From positions 22,444,001 to 22,508,000 of the forward strand of contig CATNEN010000001.1 in NCBI GenBank assembly GCA_950097015.1: 64,000 bases of DNA, written 5' to 3'. Below the pieces are notes generated by a model. It saw nothing but the letters and a program-made list of their open reading frames with translations. It was not told where the DNA came from and did not search any database. This document shows, piece by piece, positions 37,227 to 47,700 of the stretch. A program made the translations under genes and the position numbers. The stretch's first letter is position 1; each line of letters begins with the position of its first letter. The stretch comes from Macrostomum hystrix. Lineage: Eukaryota > Animalia > Platyhelminthes.

Positions 37227-37748
37227 GTGACAGTGAGACAGTGAGACAGAGAGATAGTGAGATAGTGAGAAAGTAAGACAGTCAGAGAGAGAGAGACAGT
37301 GAGACAGAGACAGTAACAGTCATATAGTGAGACAGTGAGACATTAAGAGATAGAGAGAGACAGATTGTGGGACAGTGAGACAGTGAGACACAGAGACAGT
37401 GAAAGAGAGACAGTGAGACACTGAGACAGTGGGACAGTGAGACAGTGAGAGACAGTGAGACCCACAGAGAGACAGTGAGAGCGAGAAACAGAGAGAGACA
37501 GTGAGACTGTGATACAGTGGGACAGTGAGACAGTGAGAGACACACAGAGAGTCAGAGAGACCATAAGACAGTGAGGCAGTGAGACATTGACGGATAGAGA
37601 GAGAGACAGTTAGACAGTGGGACAGTGAGACAGAGAGACAAGGAGATAGTGAGACAGAGAGACAAGGAGATAGTGAGACAGAGAGACAAGGAGATAGTGA
37701 GACAGAGAGACAAGGAGATAGTGAGACAGAGAGACAAGGAGATAGTGT
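37227..37748. repeat. GAGACAGT-type satellite patch (opposite orientation to the 24.1-31.6 kb array), ending in 24-bp units
   Basis: Reverse complement of TCTCACTG units; (GTGAGACAGAGAGACAAGGAGATA) x5. Confidence 0.85.
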
Positions 37749-37824
37749 CTCTGGAAAAAGAACCGCAAAGTTTGAGCTTACAGAAATCCAAATATTATAT
37801 AGGATTGGATTTTTCGTTTGATTT

Positions 37825-38298
37825 TGTTGTGACGCAGCCCTCGCCTCTGCCCTATCATTTTCATCTCTTTCTCATTCCCTGCCCCGCCAGTCGGCTAGCG
37901 TGCCCCCCACCCCAGTTCATATGTATCGATCGCCCAGCCTACCCCTAATTGTTGAAGGTACATCTCCCCCGCCTTGCGCGCTCTCGTACGCCACCCCCTG
38001 TTTGTTTTGTCGCTAAAGCCCGGAGTTCTGTGGTGCCAACCTAACTATATAGTTGTGCCCAGTTAATTAGACCCTGCTAACCTCGTCTGCCCACCTGTTA
38101 CAAGACTGTCTATTTTAGTGCAAATAAAACCGACCGGCTACTAACTGTTGCATCAGCCGAGATACCGTGAGTCTGTTGTTGTTTCTCTCTGTCATTCCTC
38201 CGGACGCGGGTCGAGCGGCGCTTTTCTGGGGACCTGGGGAGTCGCAGCTTACCCAACCTAGCTGTAGGCCTACCTGCACATGTAGGTGAACCACAAAA
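37825..38298 (+). mobile_element. 474-bp solo-LTR-like insertion inside the left TIR
   Basis: Starts TGTTGTG and ends CACAAAA (one mismatch from the inverted CACAACA); ATTT duplicated at 37821-37824 and 38299-38302; internal AATAAA; removing it restores the TIR. Confidence 0.75.
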
Positions 38299-38552
38299 AT
38301 TTCATAAAATGGTCATTTGATTTCGTCCATAGAAGTTGACAGCGCGGCCATAGAGTCTATGGCAATAAAGTGTGCTGTTTTCCGATTGAATTCATAACTT
38401 TGCCACTTCATTTCGACTTGACGCGCGGAGTGACAAAGGGGGCTGGGATATCAGTGGGTGAATATCTATGGCCAAACCTCTCATAGAAATGAAAAGCTTA
38501 TATGAACGTGTCCTCTTCTTGGGCAACAGTCACCTTCCTTGTGTGCCTAAAA

Positions 38553-39580
38553 ATGGCTGCATACGCGTCCATTGGAAACGACAGAGGGCATCTTGTCATT
38601 GAAGCAATGAACAGGGGTGAGAAAGTGACGGACATAGCGCGATGGCTCAACATCAACAAACAGACAGTGTACTCCATAGTGAAGGTGTACGAAGAGACTG
38701 GGCGCATCGACAAGCTGCCGAAAGGAGGAAACAATCCTAAGAAGCTGGCCGATCCAATCGTACAAGAACTCGTTTCTGACATAGAAGACAATTCAATGTT
38801 GATATTAAAGGAGATGAAGGCGAAACTGCACTCGACGCATGCTGTCGATATTGGTCTCAGTACCATCTCGCGCTACTTGGATGCACAATTGATCACGCTG
38901 AAGCAAATGTGCAAAGATGCGGACGTCACGGTGTCTCGTAACACACCAGAAAACATCCAACGCAGAAGAGAGTTTGCCACCTGCTTTCTAAATCTTGACC
39001 AAGGAACCGAGATTATTTTCCTGGACGAGTCAGGGTTCCACGTCTTGACCCGACGATCAAAAGTACGAAGCCACAGAGGGACAAGCGTACGACGGCCCGT
39101 TCATGCACAGAGAGGAGCGACGGTCTCTGTGCTTTTGGCGATCTCTTCTGCACGTGGAGTCGTTTGTTCCGACTTTCTGGACAGAACCCTGAATGCCCAA
39201 ACGTTTGCAACAGGGACAGCAATGCGTTGTCATCATGGATGGGGCCAGGGCTCATGGCAATGCACAGTTTCCACAACAGCTGGCCAATCGTATTCAACTG
39301 CGAATTCGTGCCACCGTACTCTTCATTTCTTAACGCCGCGGAGCAGGCACACAGTTGTCTCAAGGCTTCGCTAAAACGCCAGCTAGCAACACCTGAGCTT
39401 CAACAGGAACTTAGCAATCCGCCTGATGGCATCATGGTGCTTTTGGAGTGGAGACTCATGGTGCTTTTCCGCTGCGGCTACGTTGCACTAGAGGAAATTT
39501 CCGCCCCGAAGTGCCTTGCCTGGGAACGACATGTGATGCGGTTTCTGCCCCTGTGCATCAATGAGCAGCAGATAATGTGA
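38553..39580 (+). pseudogene. Frameshifted DDE transposase (HTH plus DD~33-34E)
   Basis: HTH (VTDIARWLNINKQTVYSIV), IIFLDESGF, VVIMDGARAH (third frame, about 39225) and PPYSSFLNAAE are split over three frames. Confidence 0.88.
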
Positions 39581-40121
39581 AATCTGCAGCTTGTTGCAGC
39601 GAACGAGCATTAACATTGGCGGACATAACTGATTTCATTGTTGCAACTGTCTACTTCTTCATGTGACTTAATACACAGCTTTCTGTTTTTAACATTTCTT
39701 TCTGTACTGGACAAGCGCATCGACTTTTCTGTTGCCTTTCTACTGGGTATGTCGAAATGAAGTGGTAAAGTTATGAATTCAATCGGAAAACAGCGCACTA
39801 TATTGCCATAGACTGTATGACCACGCTGCCAACTTCTATGGACGAAATCAAATGGCTATTTTATGAAATCAAACGAAAAATCCTATATTAATCATCCACC
39901 GGCCCTCCCCTGAAAATCAACCTATTTGGTCGTACTTTCAAACGAAGTTCAGTACTCGTACTTTGCGTTTGCATTTACCGCAATCTTATGCTAAGTGCAC
40001 GACAGTGCTGTGCAGCTGGATGCTCCAGCAGTTTAACTTCGCTGCCAGAGGGTGGAGTGCCAATTCGGCTTCATTGTTTCATTATAAAGCAACCTGAATA
40101 AAAATTGAAGCTCTAAATGTG

Positions 40122-40777
40122 TGATTTGCTGTAGACTGCTGAGCAGCCTCCAGGCAATCTGTGAGTCAGGCTGTTCTAGGTCTGTGGGAGGGCTGGGGTG
40201 TAGGTAGTTTGTGGTTCCCGTGCACATTCACCTCCGCTCGCAACCCCCTCCGCTTTCTCTCTCTCGTTCCAGCTCTGTCTGCGCACTGAGTCACATTGCA
40301 CGCCATGGTGCAATCGCTTCGGTTCGGAAGAAGACTGGCAGAATATCGTTCAAATGCTCCTACTATAAGTGGAGCACAGTCTGACGAATACACCGGGTGT
40401 TGTTAGCATTGTGGAAGCACACTTTCTTTATTTTGATGGCACTGTTTGGACTGTTTTTCTTCATGCGTTTGCGTTTTCGTTTGCATCGTCCGTTGAAGTT
40501 TACTCCTTCTGTGACTTTGATAAACTTTAGCCAAACTAGGTTAGAAACAGCATTTTGAAGCAGTGTTTCTAGCCCGTTTGAGTCCAAAGTCCCTAAGAGC
40601 TGGTAACACGTAGTCATACTCCAAAGTAAGAGAAAACTAAGCAATCTGAGCCTGACTACCAGGTTGTTGTCCTGCTAAGACGCATCAGTGTTGAGGCCGG
40701 ATAAAACCCTCTCTGAGTCTAGTTCCTGACTTGGTCATTTTACCAATTGTGTGTGCCACGCTACCACAGATACAACA
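40122..40777 (+). mobile_element. Solo LTR related to the gypsy LTR at 42737-43402
   Basis: TGATTTGCTGTAGACTGCTGAGCAGCC...CCACAGATACAACA; ends are closely similar to the gypsy LTR, middle is diverged; flanks TGTG/TGTC (imperfect 4-bp TSD). Confidence 0.88.
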
Positions 40778-41559
40778 TGTCCAAATGAGTAGAATTGCCT
40801 TGATGCATTTTGCAAGCTGGGTGATTTTTGTTTTTTTCGCTTTTAGAGACCTGCAAAGCAAAAAAAAGTTTTTTACAAAAAACCTTTGTTGCTACTGAAA
40901 AAAGAGTAGAAAAGCGCTTTTTAAGCGAGTGATATATCTAGTTATTTTAGTATCTATGATGCCAAGTATATGTCTCCGCGTCTTGCGGTTTAAGATAGTT
41001 TAAAGAACGTTCTCTTATCGGCGTGAGCCTTGCGCAGGCTTGCCTATAGATACTCGTGTAAAAGAATGAAGTATATAATCTTTGTCTGTTCTTTTGGTGT
41101 CTATGGCAGAAAGGCCGAGGACGCGCTTATTAGGCCGAGGCGAAGCCTTAAAGCTAAGTTCTCACTTAGCTTAAAAAATTCTCACTTTGCTTGCAAGGCG
41201 CGCCCAAAAAGCTGGGCTGCAGCGAGGGGTGGCCATAGACAATAGTGTTTTTGCTATTCAGTCTCAGATTGTTTGAAAAAAAGATTGTTTTTGCACTTTG
41301 TATGGGTTTTGTCAGCCTAACTGAGAATAAAGCCACCCAAAATGATAATCCTGCCTACGCTGACTGCGAAGGGCCTGGCTGCGTGCAGCCTTAGTCTATG
41401 GGCCATAGAAAATAAAGGACAAGCAAAGTGATAAACACCATGGACACTACAATTTTTAAGTAGAAAAGGAAGGACTGGACACTGAGAAGCAGAGACAGAC
41501 AGTCAGGCAGACTTTATAGAATCAGTGAGAGAGTTGCATACGAGCTATCTGCTTATTTT

Positions 41560-42736
41560 GCGAATCCAGGACTCTCCCATAGGTGTCCGACTTGAGGAAG
41601 TCCAGCTTCGTTCGCCTTGAATATGCGAGTATCATCTCAGACGGTGACTTCCCAGTGGTACTGTGTGGAGCACAGATTCTATATTATCTATATTCTATTA
41701 TATAGAATCTGTGGTGTGGAGTGCTTCGATACCGGAATAGAAAGTTCTGCAAGCTGAGAATTGCATCGCCGTGGCTCTTCATGCCTGCTCGGATTGCTTT
41801 CTTTGTTGTCTGAACCATTCGCTCACTCAGCCCATTGGTCCTTGGATGTCCGACCGGACTGAAGATATGTTTGATTTGGTTTAGCTTTGTAAAGTCGGCG
41901 AATTCTTGCGATGCAAACTGACTTCTGTTGTCTGTTAGAATCTGTCGTGGAATTCCGAAACGGGCAAATGTCTCTCTGAATCTTTGAATAGTGTTGACGG
42001 CGTTAACAAACTTAAATGGTAAAACTTCTACCCATTTCGAGGTAGCATCGACAATCACTAACCAGTTGTAACCATAGCAAGGACCAAAGAAGTCGGCTTG
42101 TAGTCTCGTCCATGGCTTTTCTGGCCAACTGAGTGGGTGAACAGTCGATTCTGGCGGCTTGTTTTGCTGCAGTTCACATCCCTTGCATTGCTTCACAGCT
42201 CTTTCTATTTGCTGATCTATTCCAGGAAACCAGACATGCAGGCGAGCAAACGACTTCATTAATACTATTCCTTGATGTCCTTCGTGTAGTAAATCCAGAA
42301 TTTGATACCGAAGTCTGTCAGGTACAATGACGCGAATACCCCAGAAAATGACTCCTTGCTCAAGGCATACTTCATTTCGCTTCTGACGGTATAACTCAAG
42401 CTCACCTTCGCATCTCTCAGGCCAGTCATCTTGACAGAATCTGATAACCTTGCTCAAGATGCGATCTCGCGATGTCTCCCGACGGATCTTGGCAGATGTG
42501 ATGGGTAACTCTTGAAGTCGCTTTTCCATGACTTTGTCTACGCGAGATGTAGAACTTGGAAGCGGTAGTCGAGACTAAGCATCGGCGTTTCCGTGATCCT
42601 CCGTCTTCCTGAACCTGATCTCGTACTGATGAGCTGAGAGCAAGATGGCCCAACGCTGCAGTCTACTTGCAGCGATGCTTGGAATGTCTTTCTTTTCACC
42701 GGAGATTGGGATCAGCGGCTTGTGATCGGTTACTAA
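41560..42736 (-). pseudogene. Old gypsy pol fragment (RNase H end and integrase), 3' part
   Basis: VTDHKPL..RLQRWA, LHEGHQG..CKGC, ADFFGP, TDN, NGLSER, YRSTPH..TGKSPSE; frameshifted. Confidence 0.9.
41671..41713. mobile_element. 43-bp micro-MITE with 14-bp TIRs and 8-bp TSD
   Basis: CACAGATTCTATAT...ATATAGAATCTGTG flanked by GTGTGGAG at 41663-41670 and 41714-41721; interrupts the integrase TPH motif. Confidence 0.8.
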
Positions 42737-43464
42737 TGATGTGCTGTAGACTGCTGAGCAGCCTCCAGGCAATCTGAGAGTCAGGCTGTCCTAGGTCTGT
42801 GGGAGGGCTAGGGTTGGTAGTTAGTGTTTCCCGTGCACTGTCACATCCGCTCGCCACCCCCTCCGCTCTCTCTCTCTCTCTTTCCAGCTCTGTCTGCGCA
42901 CTGAGTCACATTGCACACCATGGTGCAATCGCTTAAGTTCGGAAGAAGACTGGCAGAACAACGCTCAAATGCTCCTACTATAAGTAGAGCACAGTCCGAC
43001 GAATCCTTGAGATGGTGTTGTTATTATGGTAGCACGTTTTCTGTATGAATATGGCACGTTTCTTGTCTCCAGTCTTCATGCCGCTCGGAACCGTTTGTGC
43101 TTACATTCTGTGTCCATTCTTTTGGCTCTAAGATCTTAGACAATTCTTGTTGGTCTAGGTCACACACTGCATTTAGAAGCTTGGTGTGTCACCCGATCAA
43201 GCATAAGATCTGAGAGTTTAGCTAGGACGTGGACTAAGTAGAAGAAGTCACGAGAGAACTTAGCTGTCTAAGCCTGACTACCGGATTGTTCCTCTGCTAG
43301 GAAGCATCTGAGTGTGAGGCCGGATACTCTCTCTCTCGGAATCTAGTTCCTGTCTTGGTTATTTTTACCAATTGTGTGTGCCACGCTACCACAGGTACAA
43401 CATTGGTGGCAAAGCGGTGTGATTCGAGTTAGCCTTTTACTCATTCACTGCGGATACGAACGCC

Positions 43465-44754
43465 ATGTCCCAAGAGGAATTGGATTCTGAGAGGGAGGAG
43501 AGGCAGCAGGTAGCCCGGAGCAAGGAGTCTCGCGGTGGCTGTGCGCTGCAGGAAGCTGCTGGCAGGAGTCGGTGGAACGGCCGCGGCAACGGCTGTGTCG
43601 GCGACGGCGAGGACGGCGAGAGCGACTTCGGCGACGACGACCAGTCTGGCGGCGAGGACGACGACCGGGGCGCAGCGGCAGCGGCAGCAAGGCGACGACG
43701 ACCGAGGCTGGACGACAGGGCGACGGCTGACCTGGTGTACCGGATGCTCAACCTGATGGAGAAGCAGGTGGAACAACAACAAGGTAGGACGGCGAAGATT
43801 GCCAAGTTTTCTCGGGGTCAGGACGTGCATCTGTGGGTGGACGCGTTTGAAGCGTATTGCGCCCGGGCTGCGATTCGCAGTTCGGAGACACGCAAGGCCC
43901 TTCTACTCGACCACCTCGATGTACAGTGCCTGAATGCCGTCCTCAGGATGAAGCTGCCCGAAGAGCTCACGTATGCCCAGTTCAAGGAGCGTATTGTGGA
44001 GCGATTCGCGCCGCTGAGTAGCCCTGAGGAGTACCGAGACGAGTTCCGCAATCGCTATCAGAAGAAAGCGGAAACGCTTGATGATTATGCTGATGCGTTG
44101 CAGGGACTCGGTGAGCAGGCCTACACCAACCTTCGCCAGAGAGACCTGGACTATGAGTTGGTCGACCAGTTTGTGAAAGGGGTTCGGACTTCGGTTGAGA
44201 ACCGCAAACACCTGCTGCGGACTCGCCCTAGGACACTCCTAGAAGCTAGGCGAGAGTTAAAGCGCCTAGAGGTGGTCGACGAGGCAGTCCAGAGGGCGAA
44301 GGATGGGCCGGCTCGGATGGTGCACGGCGAGGACGGGGACCTGAATGCGCGGCCGCCACCGCAAGGTGTTACCGCTGCGCTGAAGGGACTCGAATCGCTG
44401 ATGACCAAGATGGTCGAGGTCCAGGGTCAGCAGCTGCAGCATCAGCAGAAGATGCAGGAGATGCTGGTCCAGGCGCTCAGCCGACCACAAGGAGCCGTGC
44501 AGCAGGAAGGACCGGCGCCGCCAAGAGGGGCATGCTTTGGTTGCGGGAAGTTCGGACACCTGAGGCGTGATTGCCCGACGAGGCCACCCAAGCCGCGTTA
44601 TGAGCACCACGCTCAGGGGTACCCGAGAGAGCAACGGCAAGAGCCCAGGCAGCAGTCCGAGCTGCAGGCCCAAGGCACTCAGACGTCGGGAAACGGGACG
44701 GCGAGGAGCACGGACGGCAGTGCCCCTCGCAGTCCAGTTCCTGGACGGGCCTGA
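43465..44754 (+). CDS. Gag
   Basis: Capsid-like region (KFSRGQDVHLWVDAFE..YQKKAETLDDYADAL..QFVKG) and CFGCGKFGHLRRDC knuckle. Confidence 0.92.
   Translation: MSQEELDSEREERQQVARSKESRGGCALQEAAGRSRWNGRGNGCVGDGEDGESDFGDDDQSGGEDDDRGAAAAAARRRRPRLDDRATADLVYRMLNLMEKQVEQQQGRTAKIAKFSRGQDVHLWVDAFEAYCARAAIRSSETRKALLLDHLDVQCLNAVLRMKLPEELTYAQFKERIVERFAPLSSPEEYRDEFRNRYQKKAETLDDYADALQGLGEQAYTNLRQRDLDYELVDQFVKGVRTSVENRKHLLRTRPRTLLEARRELKRLEVVDEAVQRAKDGPARMVHGEDGDLNARPPPQGVTAALKGLESLMTKMVEVQGQQLQHQQKMQEMLVQALSRPQGAVQQEGPAPPRGACFGCGKFGHLRRDCPTRPPKPRYEHHAQGYPREQRQEPRQQSELQAQGTQTSGNGTARSTDGSAPRSPVPGRA
44688..44745 (+). promoter_or_regulatory. Predicted -1 ribosomal frameshift signal
   Basis: G_GGA_AAC in gag phase, 6-nt spacer, stem GCGAGG(A)GCAC/GTGC(C)CCTCGC; pol frame is -1 and open from here. 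Confidence 0.8.
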
Positions 44755-47700
44755 GGGAGACTGAGGAGTCAGCTGGAGGAGAGGGTAGGGGCTCTCCTAG
44801 TACCAGCTTCCTCGAGCGTTGGTATGCCTCCAACGCTGACCCCTATGTGACGGCGATGGTTTCCAAGAAGACGGTGCCTTTTCTCCTAGACTCAGGGAGC
44901 AGGCGCTGTCTGATTGGAAGTGAGACGTGGGCATCTCTGCGGCAAGTAGTGCCGCACGCTGTGCTGACAGGAGAGAGTGCCCTGTGCGACTTTGATGGTT
45001 CTCGATTGCCGGTTTTAGGGCGAGTCGCCTTTGAGGTCAGGCTCGGCGACTACGCTGTAGACGTCGAGTTCTGCGTGACGAAGGGCGAGCACGAGAACAT
45101 CCTAGGAATTGATTTCATGCGCCAGCACACCCAGAAGATTGACTTTCCGAAGGGGATGCTGACCATGAAGTCAGGAACCAGAGTGCCGCTGAGGTTCACG
45201 AGGCGAGAGGCGAGGGCCAGTCGGGTTTACTCACTCGAGCAGACCACTGTGCCAGCGCGCTCTTCGATGCTCGTAGCGGTGAAGCTAGCGGGTGGCCGGA
45301 CTGACTGTCACGGCACGCCGCTGCTTGTTGAGTCCTTGAGGTCAGGACTGAAGCCAGGGGCGTCTCAAGTCGAGATGGCCCCGACATTGCTGACGATGGC
45401 TGACGGGACAGGGTGTGTTGAAGTCGTCAACACCTCTTGCTTCCCGGCGGTCATTCGGCGCAATGGACTTGTAGGGCTAGCGAGGCCACTGAAGGCAGAC
45501 GAACTGGAATATCTACCAGAGCTAGAGGAGACGCCGGTCAGGCAGGTCCAGGCAGAAGGGCTGGAGAGCGATGAGGCATGGCTAGAGGAGGTGGAGATTT
45601 GTGAGAGGTTGACCGAGGAGCAGAGGCATCGGGTTAAGGAGATGTTGAGAGAGTGCCGCGAGGCATTCGCAATGCATCCCCTGGACCATGGTGTCACTGA
45701 CTTAGTCACTCATGAGATCATTGTGACAGATCCCACTCCAGTTCGCATTCCACCGAGGAGGATCCCGCCTCACTTGATGGAACAGTTGGACAAGATGCTG
45801 GATGAGATGTTGGCGAAAGGCATCATCAAGCCGACATTCTCCAGCTACAACACGCCTCTCCTGATCGTCCCTAAAAAAGACAAGACTATCAGGATTGTCT
45901 TAGACTATCGCGAGTTGAATAGCCGCTGCCTGAAGCATGTCTATCCGCTGCCAGACATACAACAGACCTTTGAGCATTTAAGAGGGGCGCAGTACTATTC
46001 CGCCCTCGATCTTGCACAGGGTTTCTGGCAAATCCCGCTGAGAGAGCAGGATAGACACCTGACCGCGTTCTCGGTTCACCACAGAGGTCAGTTTGAGTTT
46101 ACTGTGTTGCCGATGGGCATGACGGATTCGGCAGGGTCCTTTCAGCGCTGTATCAACAAGCTGCTGGAGGGGCTGACGCCAAGGGTAGCGTTGGGGTATA
46201 TCGATGATATACTCGTCCACTCGCCTACCTTTGACGACCATTTGGAGCATCTGAGGATGATGCTGACTCGAATCCGTGAAGCCCAGTTCAAGCTGAAGCC
46301 GAAGAAGTGCCACCTGTTCAAGAGGGAGCTGCACTACTTAGGCCATGTGGTGACACCAGAAGGCATCCTGACGAACGAGGATAAGATCGCCGAGCTCAGA
46401 GGCTGGCCGACACCTCGAAGCGCCAAAGAATTGCGCAGCTTCTTGGGGTTGGCACAGTATTACAAGAAGTTCGTCCGCAACTACTCAGGGATTGCAGCAC
46501 CATTGCACGAGCTCACTAGGCGGGACATTACCAGCTTGAAGGGTCTGTGGAAGACAGAGCATGAGAGAGCCTTTCAGGGATTGAAGGATGCGTTGTGCTC
46601 TACGGAGGTACTGGCGTACCCGGAGTACACCTCTGACCCGAAGGTGACTTTCGTCCTCGACACAGATGCCTCTGATGACCGCATAGGGGCTTGTCTGAAT
46701 CAGCTGCAGTCCGACGGAGTAGAGAGGCCTGTTGGCTACTACAGCCGGAAGCTGCGAGGGCCGGAGACCCGCTACACTACGACCCGCAAAGAATTGCTGG
46801 CAGTCGTAGATGCGATGCGGCATTTCCGGTACTTCCTGGTTGGCAAGAAGTTTGTTGTCCGGTCCGATCACAAGGCCCTGCTGTGGCTCATGCATCAGAC
46901 CGAGGCGACAGGCATCTTAGGCCGTTGGGTTGAGAGAATGAGTGAGTTTGACTTCACCATTGTTCATCGTCCTGGAAAGTCTCACCAAAATGCTGACTCG
47001 ATGTCGAGAAAGCCGGATAACCCGGTCAATTGTTCTTTTGGGGTGGTGACACCCCACAACATGTTCGATGCGAGTGCTTGCACCCGCCAATTTTCGAGTC
47101 AGCTGGAGGAGGGACAGGAAAGGGACAATGAACAGGTTGAAGTCAACGAAGCCGCAGAGCCACTGCGAGCTGTGAAACCCAAGGCTCAAGATGTCGTTGA
47201 CGGCCGACCAGGATGGGAAGCAGCTGTGTCTGAAGGACTGGTGGAAGAGCCGGTCCTGGAGCCTGTCGAGGTGCGCCAAGATAAGGCGGTGCTGCAAGGG
47301 TGTCAGGAAGACACGACCGCAGGCCAGCCTGTGAGGCGGGAAGCACCTGTCAACGGGGCCCCGCAGTCAGCTCGTTGCAGCCAGTTCTGCCTGCAGACTG
47401 TGGACGCCGCCGTGCAGACGGTAGCTACTGAAGGTAGCTGGAGCCAGGGAGCCACGAGGGAGGAGCACTGGGTGCGGGGCTGTGATGCCAAGGCACAGGT
47501 GCAGACTCAGGTGGTGGCGGAAGGCTCAGAGGTGAAGGAGAAGGTGCCCGCTCGTTGCAGCCAGTCCTGCCTGCAGGCGCCAGATCCGGAACCTCTGGTG
47601 TGTCCGGAGACAGAGGAGGAGGTGTCCGCTCGTTGCAGCCAGTCCTGCCTGCAGACGCCGAATCCTGCTGTCGAGGAGTTCTCAGAAACAGGGGAGAAAT

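Larger units (their letters stand above)
37800..39885 (+). mobile_element. Decayed Tc1/mariner-IS630 superfamily DNA transposon with long (~135-bp) imperfect TIRs
   Basis: Left TIR TAGGAT..TTTTCGTTTGATTT[insertion]CATAAAAT...ATTTCGAC (to about 38417) is the reverse complement of 39751-39885; TA flanks on both sides. Confidence 0.85.

Noticed and set aside
43406-43418. 13-nt identity between the gypsy PBS and the SINE A-box region (GTGGCAAAGCGGT)
   Set aside because: Same sense rather than complementary, and present in only one SINE copy; likely coincidence
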